Shown here: positions 20,951 to 30,735 of the stretch, in pieces
Position numbering within the stretch: the first letter of the stretch is position 1
Layout: the number at the start of each line of letters is the position of its first letter
Assembly: GCA_964392265.1 (NCBI GenBank)
Contig: CAYMOS010000004.1
Coordinates: forward strand, 68,337 to 132,336
Direction: 5' to 3'
DNA: 64,000 nucleotides
DNA from: an uncultured Candidatus Saccharibacteria bacterium
GTDB lineage: Bacteria > Patescibacteriota > Saccharimonadia > Saccharimonadales > Saccharimonadaceae
Notes under the pieces: model-generated
What the model saw: the letters and a program-made list of their open reading frames with translations, nothing else
What the model was told of the DNA's origin: nothing
Databases searched by the model: none
Translations under genes and position numbers: made by a program

Positions 20951-21776
20951 TCACCTTCCGCTCTGCAATCTGAGAACCATTCGTTGTCGGATTATTGACT
21001 ACCTTATGGTCATAATACATCGTCGAAGAACCACCTCCGTCCAGGTTGTAGGCCTGCTGAACTCCCAGCGACTGCATAAATTCGGCCAACTGCAGCAAAG
21101 ACAATCCCTGGCTTTCGCTCGTGCGGCCATCGGCAACCACGAAGACATAGCGATGATCGCCAAGATATCCAATAGCAGTGCGCGGATTACTCGCCATCGC
21201 TTTTCCCACCTCATCATTTGTCGTCACACTCATCGCTCCGTCAATAATAAGCCCCGGCCCAAACGACAGCACCTGCAGGGCGCCCTTCGCAAGCAGTTCC
21301 TCGGCCGTATACTCTCCCTCTGTAATGACCGACATTGTACCATCACTCCATATAACCATGTCCTCCTGGTTGTCACTCGCCTTACTAGAACGCAAAAGCT
21401 CGCCATTACGGATGACATACCCGCTAGAGCGTGCTCCGTAATAATCACCATTAATGGCAATCGTGGCCCCAGCCATCTCAGCAATAGTAGAAGTCGTATC
21501 GGTAATATTGCGCCCATAGATATTGTCGGCGAGTGCCGCCTGAATCGTCTGCCCTTCGGATAGCGTAAGGCTTGCAACATACACCGTCGTATTGTTGGTG
21601 ACATACGTTTTCACCTCGACTGTCGCACTTTCTGCCGCATTCGCGCCTGGCAGGCTCGCTGCGCCAGCACTCACGGCTTGATAGCGTCGCTCCCAGACAA
21701 ATGAATCAAGTAAGATATATGCCGTTGACCCTGTGAGGGCCACAATGAACCCTATGATAATCAATTTTCTTTTCAT
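20928..21776 (-). CDS. Phosphodiester glycosidase family protein (DUF2233)
   Basis: Signal anchor MKRKLIIIGFIVAL, AINGDYY, PRTAIGY, VADGR and NLDGGGSSTM blocks. Start at 21776 overlaps the upstream stop (ATGA). Confidence 0.7.
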   Translation of the reverse strand: MKRKLIIIGFIVALTGSTAYILLDSFVWERRYQAVSAGAASLPGANAAESATVEVKTYVTNNTTVYVASLTLSEGQTIQAALADNIYGRNITDTTSTIAEMAGATIAINGDYYGARSSGYVIRNGELLRSSKASDNQEDMVIWSDGTMSVITEGEYTAEELLAKGALQVLSFGPGLIIDGAMSVTTNDEVGKAMASNPRTAIGYLGDHRYVFVVADGRTSESQGLSLLQLAEFMQSLGVQQAYNLDGGGSSTMYYDHKVVNNPTTNGSQIAERKVSDILYVK

Positions 21777-22846
21777 CGCGGCAGCTTTCTGTGTCTGACA
21801 GCAAAGATAAAGTTTCTCTGCATGATATAGCTCACGCAAAAGAGAGCTATCTCTACAATAATCTTTGCAAGATACGGCACAATACCAATCACAGTCGTCA
21901 GAAAGGCAAGCAGTATCGTATTGGCAATGAGTACGCCACCCGCAAGAAGCATATACGAGATAGCACTCTTTGCCAGACCACCTTTATGCCGAAACACCAA
22001 TTGCCTATTCACCACAAAGTTACCACTTGCGCTGATAATTCTGGCGCCAATATTCGCCATTGTGACACTCGCAGCCACGCCCCATGATCCGGTCAGGGAT
22101 AAAAAGAGGAGAAACAGGAGATAATCGAGACCAAACGCCAACAAGGACGAGGCGGCAAATTTGAGAATCTGACCGTAAATAGCAAGAGAATCTTTGATCG
22201 GATCAAAATGAGAGCTCTCATTGCCATTCTCATAAATGGTCGTAATGGGGACTTCAATAATCTCGATCCCCTGACGACTACAGGCAAGTAATACATTCAT
22301 CTCATACTCGAACCGATCACCAGGCACCTCTAGCATAAAATCGACAAGATTCTCACCAAACGCTCTCAGTCCCGTCTGAGTATCATTGAGCTTTTGCTTT
22401 GTCAGAAGTGAAAATACTTTTCGAGTTAGCACATTACCAAATTTACTTCGCAGTGGCACATGACCACCTTGGAAAGTTCGCGAACCCAATAGCAACGTCC
22501 CAGGATGATGACCATAGTCTAGGGCAACCTTCTGTACATCACCAATATCATGCTGTCCATCCGCATCAGCCGTCGCAATCACATAATCACTAAAATTATC
22601 CTTGATATAGCGATACCCCGTCTTTAGCGCAGCCCCCTTACCCTTGTTACTGCCACGCATGATGAGATGAATGCGTGTGTCTAACTGACGAAAAATAGGC
22701 TGATATTCGGGACCGCTCCCGTCATTCACTACGACGACCGTGCGCCCAGCCGCCAACAAACGACGCGTCGTCGCCACAAGGGCCCGACCTGGCTGGTAGG
22801 CCGGGATAAGTACGATAATTCGATACTGTTGTGATACATCTGCCAT
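21773..22846 (-). CDS. Family 2 glycosyltransferase fused to a GtrA-like membrane domain
   Basis: N-terminus VLIPAYQP...VVVNDGS...ADADGQH is a GT2 pattern. The C-terminal roughly 130 aa form four hydrophobic helices typical of GtrA. Confidence 0.75.
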   Translation of the reverse strand: MADVSQQYRIIVLIPAYQPGRALVATTRRLLAAGRTVVVVNDGSGPEYQPIFRQLDTRIHLIMRGSNKGKGAALKTGYRYIKDNFSDYVIATADADGQHDIGDVQKVALDYGHHPGTLLLGSRTFQGGHVPLRSKFGNVLTRKVFSLLTKQKLNDTQTGLRAFGENLVDFMLEVPGDRFEYEMNVLLACSRQGIEIIEVPITTIYENGNESSHFDPIKDSLAIYGQILKFAASSLLAFGLDYLLFLLFLSLTGSWGVAASVTMANIGARIISASGNFVVNRQLVFRHKGGLAKSAISYMLLAGGVLIANTILLAFLTTVIGIVPYLAKIIVEIALFCVSYIMQRNFIFAVRHRKLPR

Positions 22847-22863
22847 ATAGCTGTTATATCCCC

Positions 22864-24045
22864 CTATCTCATTTGTGGTCCACCACCACCTTGACCGCCG
22901 CCACCCATCATCTGAGCTGGCATCTCAGTGATGCGCTGACCATTCACCGTTACCGTACCACCATTAATCGCCCCATTCCCGTCAAAGTCGAATGATGAAA
23001 CCTGCGCAGTGATAGTAATTGTTCCGCCGTTGACATATAGGTCACCATTTGAATCGATAGCGTCAGTATCGCCAGGACCGACTTCTATGTTGAGCGTCCC
23101 GCCATTGATAGTAATACTGAGACCACTCGTGATGATATCGGATGCCGAAGCGTTCATGCCATCATCACTGGCATAGAGGGTAATCGTACCTCCGTCGACG
23201 ACAATCACCGGCGCTTCGATGCCCTCCACACTCGTCTTGATGGTAATCGTGCCGTCAATAATGGAAATCTTTTGCTCGGCCTTCATTGCATCATCACCCG
23301 AGTTGATGGTTATATCGCCGCCACTCACCACGAACTGACCCTTCCCGAGGTCGGTACTGTTACTCGCCTTCATACCGTCACCCTTTGCATCAATGACGAT
23401 CGTACCGCCAGAGACGTTTAACGAGTCTTTGCCACGAATACCATCATCGGCACTTGTGACAGTAATCACACCCGAATTAATCCATAGATCGTCTTTGCCC
23501 ACAATACCGTCTGCAAAGTTGGCCGTCACCGTCAGGCTACCGCTCCCGTTAATCACCAAATCATCAGCCGAATAAATCGCCCCGTCAATCTCCTCATCAC
23601 TACGAGTAGAAGCATCTGCGATAGTATTCGTCGAGCCATCCGCCAGTTGAATGACTGTCTTTTTGGCACTTTCAATAGAGATGGCCGCGTCTTTTGCACT
23701 CTTGATTGTCGCACCATTTAGCACCAGTCGTACGTACCCATCAGTATTGACTGTCACCTGACCCGTCGAACTACCCGATATGACATAAGTGCCAGCCGCC
23801 GTAATTGCCAGTCCTTCATTTGTCAGCGTCACATTGGTCGTTGGCAGGCTATCCCAGTCAATATCATCGCTATCATCCGCCTCTATGGCAGTAGCATTTG
23901 AAGTTGACGTGTTCGTATCCATCACCTTAGAGGCTTGATGGTGTAAATAGTACCACGTCCCCGCTCCTGCCGCGCTAATCAGGACGATAATGGCAATCAG
24001 GACAACGATGAATGGTCCTTTGCGCTGTTTTGTTGTTACTGTCAT
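22864..24045 (-). CDS. Secreted parallel beta-helix repeat protein (Cthe_2159-like carbohydrate-binding family)
   Basis: N-terminal TM anchor, then about 12 degenerate repeats of 22-25 aa of the type GG.I.I...DDG(I/M). Gly-rich tail GGGGQGGGGPQMR. Confidence 0.5.
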   Translation of the reverse strand: MTVTTKQRKGPFIVVLIAIIVLISAAGAGTWYYLHHQASKVMDTNTSTSNATAIEADDSDDIDWDSLPTTNVTLTNEGLAITAAGTYVISGSSTGQVTVNTDGYVRLVLNGATIKSAKDAAISIESAKKTVIQLADGSTNTIADASTRSDEEIDGAIYSADDLVINGSGSLTVTANFADGIVGKDDLWINSGVITVTSADDGIRGKDSLNVSGGTIVIDAKGDGMKASNSTDLGKGQFVVSGGDITINSGDDAMKAEQKISIIDGTITIKTSVEGIEAPVIVVDGGTITLYASDDGMNASASDIITSGLSITINGGTLNIEVGPGDTDAIDSNGDLYVNGGTITITAQVSSFDFDGNGAINGGTVTVNGQRITEMPAQMMGGGGQGGGGPQMR

Positions 24046-24068
24046 TGATTTTCTCCTTATCCGTTAGG

Positions 24069-24749
24069 TTAAAACATACTCGTGGTTGCACGATTGGAAA
24101 TAATAATATTCATATTGCTATTGTGTCGTCGCAACTCATCAATTAATACTTTTCGCTGGCTGTCTTTTGGTAGCTCGATATCATATACCAGTTCGTACAC
24201 ACTGCCCAAATCACGGGTACCAATACGGTTTAGTTCAAACGATGACGTATGCCTTGTGAGCACCTCAGCAAAGACATCTTCGTTGTTGCTTGACTCTGGC
24301 GCGGTAATTTTGATCTGCAATTGACGGTATCTGCCCTGTCCGTAGTGTGTCATATGCAGTAGTAACTGCACCGCCGCCATAAGAAGTGTAAAAACGATGC
24401 CGTAAAGGTAAAGACCTAGCCCATAGGCAAGTCCGGCACCGACACAGAACAGAATCAGCAGTATATCTCGCGCGCTTCCTGGCGCACTGCGAAAACGGAT
24501 AATAGTAAAGATACCTGCCAAACTAAACGCCGCTGCGATATTTGATCCTACGAGGGCAATAATCGGACCAATAACCGCCGGCATAAACACAAGTGTCCAT
24601 GCCAAACTCTGCGAATAACTGTGACGATTGGTGTGCATATAGAGCCAGCTCATCAACAGCCCACTGAGGAGTCCGATCACTACTGCCATAACGCCCGAAC
24701 TAACAGCCACTGTTTCGTTTGCCGTAGCCGTCAATACTGAATCAAGCAT
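24069..24749 (-). CDS. DUF4956-like membrane protein
   Basis: Four TM helices, then a soluble C-terminal domain. It has the usual position next to a VTC-domain gene. Confidence 0.5.
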   Translation of the reverse strand: MLDSVLTATANETVAVSSGVMAVVIGLLSGLLMSWLYMHTNRHSYSQSLAWTLVFMPAVIGPIIALVGSNIAAAFSLAGIFTIIRFRSAPGSARDILLILFCVGAGLAYGLGLYLYGIVFTLLMAAVQLLLHMTHYGQGRYRQLQIKITAPESSNNEDVFAEVLTRHTSSFELNRIGTRDLGSVYELVYDIELPKDSQRKVLIDELRRHNSNMNIIISNRATTSMF

Positions 24750-25470
24750 ACTGCCGCTCCTCCCGTTTACCCTCTGTTAATAGCCGGACGAATTCCGTAC
24801 CGTATTTAGAAAAACTTTGCTTGCGAATGTTTTGCTCGTCCAGCATACCGACCAGCCATAATGGCATATTATGACATGACTTGACCTCCATGATCAGCTT
24901 GTTATGCGGCAGCAGTTGATGCTGCGTTTCGCCCTCGTACGCCCTCGACATCACATTGGCGTCAAATGTCATACGTAGATCACTCGTCGCATCAATCGCA
25001 TGAAACGCCATACGGTCATAGGTTATCGCTACCGTTGGACGATAGGCGTGTTGGCGTAACATCACAGCCAGTTCGTCAACCACCTGGCGATTCATATATG
25101 CCCGCCTTTCGGGCACGACCCCCGTTTCAACAAAACGTAACGCATCACCAAGCGCCATCTTTGTGCGACGTTTATTCGTTATTTTCTTGTATCGTTTCTT
25201 CACTTCAAGAAAAACCATTCTATCATCCCGTAGCGGCTCGTATGATCGGATGCGCATTTTTTCTTTGTAGATAGTCGGTTTGTTGAGACTGTGTCGGATC
25301 AGTGCATAATCACTCGTATCGATATAAAGGTTATATAACCGATAGGTGTGACCGTCCTGATTATGTTTGTCTGGTCGCATATATTGCAATAATGTCGGTA
25401 GCATTGCCTGATACTGCTGACGTGTCACGACAAACTTTAGTTCTTGGCGATTGAAAACTTCTGTTGCCAC
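24742..25470 (-). CDS. VTC (polyphosphate polymerase-like) domain protein
   Basis: FNRQELKFVV start motif typical of bacterial VTC proteins. There is no ATG near it. A GTG at 25470 lies 6 nt after AGGAGA, so the start is placed there rather than at 25626. Confidence 0.6.
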   Translation of the reverse strand: MATEVFNRQELKFVVTRQQYQAMLPTLLQYMRPDKHNQDGHTYRLYNLYIDTSDYALIRHSLNKPTIYKEKMRIRSYEPLRDDRMVFLEVKKRYKKITNKRRTKMALGDALRFVETGVVPERRAYMNRQVVDELAVMLRQHAYRPTVAITYDRMAFHAIDATSDLRMTFDANVMSRAYEGETQHQLLPHNKLIMEVKSCHNMPLWLVGMLDEQNIRKQSFSKYGTEFVRLLTEGKREERQYA

Positions 25471-25619
25471 GTTGTTCTCCTGTTCTGAAAATACTTTATT
25501 TGCTCTCGTTTGAAAGATTACTACCGACCTGCTGTAGATTTCCTGTAAAGGTATTACAGTATTTCTACAGAACAACCGGTCTATACTGCTGCTATCATCA
25601 AGCAACAAAAGGAGACTAT

Positions 25620-25886
25620 ATGACACACCCTATACACCTTACTACCAACGAAGCAATCGTTTTACAACAAGTACACGAAGATGGCGAAGATGACATACAC
25701 ACGCTTGCGCGTCAACTTGGTCTCAGCCGCTCGTCACTTTTTGCTACCGTTGAGCGCCTCAAACATAAGGGGCTGATCGCAATGACCAGCAGTACCGACG
25801 AACTGTGGGTACATCTGACCCGGAAGGGACAGCAATTCATCCACTATGTATGGCCAGAGGCGACCGGAAGATTTGCAGCTGCCTAA
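25620..25886 (+). CDS. Small winged-helix (MarR-like) transcription regulator, 88 aa
   Basis: AAAGGAGA RBS before the ATG at 25620. HTLARQLGLSRSSLFATVERLKHKGLI looks like an HTH plus wing. The listed ORF start at 25464 lies in the divergent promoter region. Confidence 0.5.
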   Translation: MTHPIHLTTNEAIVLQQVHEDGEDDIHTLARQLGLSRSSLFATVERLKHKGLIAMTSSTDELWVHLTRKGQQFIHYVWPEATGRFAAA

Positions 25887-25892
25887 GGTATA

Positions 25893-26576
25893 ATGAGTGA
25901 TATGAAACTGCTTGTCATAGAAGATGATCGCGCAATCTCCGATGCCCTCAAAGAAGGTCTCGAAGACGAGTCATACGCTGTAGACACTTGCTATGACGGC
26001 GACGAGGGGTATCGCACTGCCATTGCCGACCAGTACGATGTCATTATTTTGGACGTCATGATGCCCGAGATGGACGGCTACGAAGTATGTCGAAAATTAC
26101 GAGACGACGGCGTCACGACTCCTATTCTTATGCTTACTGCCAAAGATCAAGGGCGCGACATTGTCCAAGGTCTCGACACAGGTGCTGATGACTACCTGGC
26201 AAAACCGTTTCAGTTTGATGTTTTATTGGCGCGGATACGTGCGCTCTTACGTCGCCCTGGTGAAAAACAGACTGAGATCCTTCACATTGGCGGTCTGACG
26301 CTTGACCCCAGTACCAAACAGGTAGTCCGCGACGGACAGACCATCAAACTCACCAGTAAAGAGTACGCCGTGCTTGAGTACATGATGCGACATCCCGGAA
26401 AAGTCCTCTCAAAAGAATCATTCATAACACATGTTTGGGATTTCGATGCCGACATTCTGCCAAATACCGTCGAGCAATTTGTCATGTTTGTACGCCGCAA
26501 GATTGACAAGCCTTTTGCAACCAAGCTCATTCATACCATTCCAGGCTTTGGCTACAAAATAGAGGCGCAATCATGA
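25893..26576 (+). CDS. OmpR/PhoB-family response regulator
   Basis: Receiver domain (LLVIEDD...DVIILDVMMP...KPF) and a winged-helix output (LTSKEYAVLEYMM...GFGYK). Confidence 0.88.
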   Translation: MSDMKLLVIEDDRAISDALKEGLEDESYAVDTCYDGDEGYRTAIADQYDVIILDVMMPEMDGYEVCRKLRDDGVTTPILMLTAKDQGRDIVQGLDTGADDYLAKPFQFDVLLARIRALLRRPGEKQTEILHIGGLTLDPSTKQVVRDGQTIKLTSKEYAVLEYMMRHPGKVLSKESFITHVWDFDADILPNTVEQFVMFVRRKIDKPFATKLIHTIPGFGYKIEAQS

Positions 26577-27562
26577 GATCACCTACCATGACATCAACGC
26601 ATCGCCTTGCCTTCAGCTACCTCGCCGTTATTATGGCCATGTCGCTCTGTTTTAGCGCTGCCATTTATGTCATCATGTCCTCACAGCTTGCCAAGCCACT
26701 GCCACCTCCACACACGAACGATACATCTTACCAACAACCATTTGAGGATTTTGAAAAGCGTATAGCACAGCGCGACGCCGAAACGCGCCTATCAGTGCTA
26801 GGGTCTCTGGCGATCCTTAATGTCGTTGTCGCAGCAGGCGGTACGGCGCTGAGTTACTACCTTGCCCGACGCACGCTCCGACCCATCGAAGCCGCTATGG
26901 ACGCCCAAACCCGGTTCATCAGTGATGCCAGTCATGAGATACGAACCCCTTTGACGGCACTACAAACCAGCAACGAAGTAGCGGCCCGCAAACAGACCAT
27001 CACCGAAGATAAGGCCCGAGACGTTTTTAGACGTAATATCATTGAAATCGAAAAGCTCCGCAGTCTTACTGATGGGCTCCTCAGCCTTGCGACCACCGCA
27101 CCAGTCGACACAACCGCAGAGACGTTTCAGCTGGACACGTTACTCCACGACATTACTGGGCGCCTTCAACCGATTGCCGATCGTAAAAAATGTACGATTA
27201 TCACTACAGCGCCTCCCCAATCTATCACCGCCAATCGTGCGGCAGTCGAACAAATTATGACAATCCTCCTCGACAATGCCATCAAATACTCACCCGATGC
27301 ATCAGATATTGCCCTGACAGCAACCCTCCACAGCACCTCAGCCATACTGACCGTACACGACCATGGTATTGGCATCAGCAAGAAAGATCTTACCCACATC
27401 TTCGATAGATTTTATCGTGCCGATACCGCTCGTACCCGCACCGACACTTCTGGCCATGGCCTAGGCCTGGCAATCGCCAAGCAAACTGCCGATCGATATG
27501 GGTACACTATTTCTTGCGATAGCACGGTGGGTAAGGGATCAACGTTTAGGGTGGAGTTGTGA
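26573..27562 (+). CDS. Sensor histidine kinase (HisKA + HATPase_c)
   Basis: Two TM segments, H-box FISDASHEIRTPLTAL, then N, G1 (DHGIGI) and G2 (GHGLGLAI) boxes. ATGA overlap with the regulator gene. Its stop lies inside the 16-nt repeat. Confidence 0.88.
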   Translation: MRSPTMTSTHRLAFSYLAVIMAMSLCFSAAIYVIMSSQLAKPLPPPHTNDTSYQQPFEDFEKRIAQRDAETRLSVLGSLAILNVVVAAGGTALSYYLARRTLRPIEAAMDAQTRFISDASHEIRTPLTALQTSNEVAARKQTITEDKARDVFRRNIIEIEKLRSLTDGLLSLATTAPVDTTAETFQLDTLLHDITGRLQPIADRKKCTIITTAPPQSITANRAAVEQIMTILLDNAIKYSPDASDIALTATLHSTSAILTVHDHGIGISKKDLTHIFDRFYRADTARTRTDTSGHGLGLAIAKQTADRYGYTISCDSTVGKGSTFRVEL

Positions 27563-27574
27563 TCCCGCGGAGAA
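27559..27574. repeat. Direct repeat GTGATCCCGCGGAGAA (displaced copy of the tRNA-Glu 3' end; left junction of the Glu island)
   Basis: Identical 16-mer at 35369-35384, inside tRNA-Glu. Confidence 0.85.
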
Positions 27575-27688
27575 AGCGGTCACTAAAGCTCCCTATTTCC
27601 GCTCGTTTGTAAAAATATGTCAACACATTTTTACCGCACATCGCTACACGAACTCCTTCGGATTTCGGACTTGCGTCGCAAGTCAACC

Positions 27689-27726
27689 AGAGAAAAAACG
27701 CCACCTGAAGGTGACGTTCTTTCTCT
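27689..27726 (-). terminator. Hairpin terminator downstream of the Shedu-like gene
   Basis: AGAGAAAAAACGCCACC tgaa GGTGACGTTCTTTCTCT, a 17-bp stem with 2 G-U/mismatch positions. U-rich on the minus-strand reading. Confidence 0.55.
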
Positions 27727-27813
27727 GGTGAACCTATCAGAGGCGGACTCTCAAAAATACCAACTAATAAATAATTACAGAGGTAATACGAAGGCTTAGC
27801 CCAAAACGAAAGG

Positions 27814-28989
27814 CTAAAACGGTAAATCATCCAGGTAAGGTACCTGAGAAGATGTAGTTAAGGTATCCTCAGGATCCGAGTGTGATTCCTCTCCATCCTC
27901 TGCATTGGTCTTCTCGCTAAAAATTATCTGGAGCCGCATAAGCAGTTCGTCATAGGTAATAATGGCGAGATCATGCTGACCATGACGAAAATGATTAAAT
28001 GAATCGGCTTCTTTATCAGACAATCTGTTTAGGTTACCTGCTATCAGCACCCCTGTCGGATGGACGCGTCGTAGTTTATGGTCATACTCGGGACCAAGTA
28101 TGCTTTGAAAATGTTCGACGGCTGTACTTATCTGTGTCCGTACCTGAACTACACCGCCTGAGAGGTCTGTATGTATACTATATATCTCATTTGTTCCACC
28201 AGATCCTTTTTCACCCCTGTAGAGTGTGCCTGTAAGCTTACTATCGGGTGTTTTAACATCGACAACAGCAAAGTTTTTTGTACTTTCATCACGGAACAGA
28301 TAGTCAGTTGCCACACCACCGTTACCGCCCCTTCCTTTGGAAGATTTACCACCGAGGTATGTTTCACCTGCTAGCATGTGTACTGGTGCAGAAAAGGCAT
28401 ACTGGAGAATCCAAGGATTGTCTTCAAAAAACTTCTGCCAGTACGCCTCATCACTTGAATAGGATGTCATCGATACTTCGAATTCTCTTACAATATCTTG
28501 TCGATCGATTTGAATTTGAGCTACAGCTAGACGAGTTGCCAAATCAGGGTTCTTCTGGGAAAGATCCTTCCAAAACTCTTCCGAATAACCTTGGTCAATT
28601 ATCTCCTGGATGGCTTTTCGCTTGCTCTTATCATCAATTATTAAAATCTCGTCCTTTTTGGCAACAACGTATTTTTGGTCACCGTATTCGATGCCTTTTC
28701 CTTGAACTTCATAGAGACTAGAGAGCTTACCGTATAGTAGTTTTGTGCCAGCAGTATCTAGGTCAATTGCTACGCCAGCGTCTGCAGGGAGCCGCCTGAA
28801 GTCTACCTCATTGACGTCTGCCCATTCCCCATCTTTTCCAATCTTCTGACGAATGATCTTGCCACGGACTCCACCCACGTGAATGGCGGGACGAAATACA
28901 GTGCGAGTCCTAGCCTCTTGTACTAACACTACATGATCTGCAACAGCAAAACCGCCTTTTAGATAGTGAGTACTAATTTCTTCAGCCAT
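27814..28989 (-). CDS. Shedu-like (SduA, DUF4263) PD-(D/E)xK nuclease defence protein
   Basis: AYWQKFFEDNPWILQYAF block, then ATDYLF ... FAVVDVKTP ... VVQVRTQ, which matches the DUF4263 D...(D/E)xK...Q arrangement. About 190 aa of N-terminal region is unassigned. Confidence 0.65.
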   Translation of the reverse strand: MAEEISTHYLKGGFAVADHVVLVQEARTRTVFRPAIHVGGVRGKIIRQKIGKDGEWADVNEVDFRRLPADAGVAIDLDTAGTKLLYGKLSSLYEVQGKGIEYGDQKYVVAKKDEILIIDDKSKRKAIQEIIDQGYSEEFWKDLSQKNPDLATRLAVAQIQIDRQDIVREFEVSMTSYSSDEAYWQKFFEDNPWILQYAFSAPVHMLAGETYLGGKSSKGRGGNGGVATDYLFRDESTKNFAVVDVKTPDSKLTGTLYRGEKGSGGTNEIYSIHTDLSGGVVQVRTQISTAVEHFQSILGPEYDHKLRRVHPTGVLIAGNLNRLSDKEADSFNHFRHGQHDLAIITYDELLMRLQIIFSEKTNAEDGEESHSDPEDTLTTSSQVPYLDDLPF

Positions 28990-29043
28990 ACTTCTTCTAT
29001 CATAGCTGAGAAGTTAACTTTTTTACTACTGCTTATACTTAAA

Positions 29044-30732
29044 TTAGACGGACAATTCTTCATGAATCTTCGATAACCACACGGCACCGTCAGAAGAACG
29101 ATCCTTGAGTCGTATCAAACTTCGTAGCTTAATCAAAAGCTCTGAACCATCGTTACAGGCATTTGTTTGCCCGGGTAGTAGGGACTGTAGTTGCGTGAAT
29201 GTTAGTGGCACGATATTGAGCTTCATAACTCCACCGAGTTTTTGACTATAGAATTCGGCACCAAAAAATTCGTGTGCCGTAGCGACGTGTACTTGGGGAG
29301 CAGTAAACACGCCAATCACTTCGCTGTCTCGGTTTGCTTCCACGATAGATTTGACGTGGAATTTAACAGCCTCGCCTTCCATATTGAACTGACGTTCATT
29401 ATTGCTAAGTGTAATCTCTGCCGGAATAATAGAATCTTCTTTGTACTTAAACAGCAGGTCGGCAGCACCGCCCTTTGCGTGATGTACAGGGAACAGCTCA
29501 GAATTAATCTTGAAACCACGAGTCTCATTTACGGGGTTCGCTATCGTATTAATTGCGAGAAAGACACGCCAAACGCCCCATTCCGCCCAAGCTGGTAGGT
29601 AGTCGCTACCACCGATGGTTTCTCGATTAGCTATACTCTCAAAAAGGTTCTTGATGTCTTCTATTTGTTCTTCATCTCGCTGCGTTCGATAGAACTGAAT
29701 TTCTTTAAGGCTCGTTAATTCGGTTTCGAGGTCTTCACGACGACGTTTAAGCTGCAATACGCTTGCACCGCTCGTATCTTCAGTAGCAACTTCTGTGCCA
29801 GTGCCAGTTTCTCTGGTCAGTTCATTTAATCGCCCTGTGAGTGTTTCAATATCTTTCGACAGGAAAGAAACGTTATCAGTTGGGAGAGCCGGAAGTGTAG
29901 GGTTGTGGAAATATGACCAAAACTCCTCATCGCTCAAGATTGGCGGTATTCCTGCGTCAACGATCGCATTAGCCAGATTAACTTGGTCTTCTTTTATATT
30001 GAGCGTCTGTCTGCCTATCGTAAACACGCCTGTAATAGCAGAGTAACGAACCGTCGTATCACTGTAGTCCTGTAGGGTGCTAAGCTTTTGCTTAGTCGCT
30101 TCACCGTATAGATAGGCCGCTTTAATAGTAAGGCAATCAAGGAAGAATTTACGCTTTCCAATACGGCCTTGAATTTTGTCTCTTTTGTCTCTGTAGTCTT
30201 CTATAGAATCTACTATTGAAACCGCTTCATCATCATGGGTAGCGGACTGCAAAAACAGGGCAATTTCCTCTTTACCAAGTGGCTTCATATTTCGTTTAAT
30301 CAACTCAACCGCAACGCTCAGTACTAGATAAAATGGATGGATTGAGGCACCCTCTAAGTTGTCTTCTGTAGGAGATGGCAACTGAATCTTAAGCATTTGT
30401 CTTAGCAGTACATCACTCTCTAAGGTGTCGTCGCTTAACAATGCTTCGCCTGCTGGCGTAATGGTAACGACAGGGTTTTCTTTTGTACCTCGCGGCAAAG
30501 CCAATCCTAGCTTATTAAACGCACTAGCCCATTTACGAGCAGACCAGTCTCGGCTACCTGGCTGGTTGGGGTCGCCTTTGATAACACCCGCATTTATCAG
30601 TGCAACGAAGAACTCATTTTGAGTGGGTACATCAAAAGTCTTTCCCTTGAATTCATCACAAAAAACACGCAATGCGTCCTTGATTCGTTCGGGGTTTCTG
30701 ACGGTGGTGTTTCCTAAATTCCAGGTCTTCAT
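29044..30732 (-). CDS. AlwI/BstNBI/PleI/MlyI-family type IIS restriction (or nicking) endonuclease
   Basis: N-terminus TWNLGNTTVRNPERI, mid block DTTVRYSAITGVF and C-terminal block EWGVWRVFLAIN...HHAKGGAADL...PAEITLS...QFNMEGEAV. These resemble that family as I remember it. It lies next to two adenine methylases. Confidence 0.6.
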   Translation of the reverse strand: MKTWNLGNTTVRNPERIKDALRVFCDEFKGKTFDVPTQNEFFVALINAGVIKGDPNQPGSRDWSARKWASAFNKLGLALPRGTKENPVVTITPAGEALLSDDTLESDVLLRQMLKIQLPSPTEDNLEGASIHPFYLVLSVAVELIKRNMKPLGKEEIALFLQSATHDDEAVSIVDSIEDYRDKRDKIQGRIGKRKFFLDCLTIKAAYLYGEATKQKLSTLQDYSDTTVRYSAITGVFTIGRQTLNIKEDQVNLANAIVDAGIPPILSDEEFWSYFHNPTLPALPTDNVSFLSKDIETLTGRLNELTRETGTGTEVATEDTSGASVLQLKRRREDLETELTSLKEIQFYRTQRDEEQIEDIKNLFESIANRETIGGSDYLPAWAEWGVWRVFLAINTIANPVNETRGFKINSELFPVHHAKGGAADLLFKYKEDSIIPAEITLSNNERQFNMEGEAVKFHVKSIVEANRDSEVIGVFTAPQVHVATAHEFFGAEFYSQKLGGVMKLNIVPLTFTQLQSLLPGQTNACNDGSELLIKLRSLIRLKDRSSDGAVWLSKIHEELSV

Positions 30733-30735
30733 AAT

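Noticed and set aside
27498-27731. A 77-aa + strand ORF spanning the kinase stop and the island's left end.
   Set aside because: It is out of frame with the kinase and has no RBS. The excised-form tail of the recombinase reads this DNA in yet another frame and stops after 12 codons.
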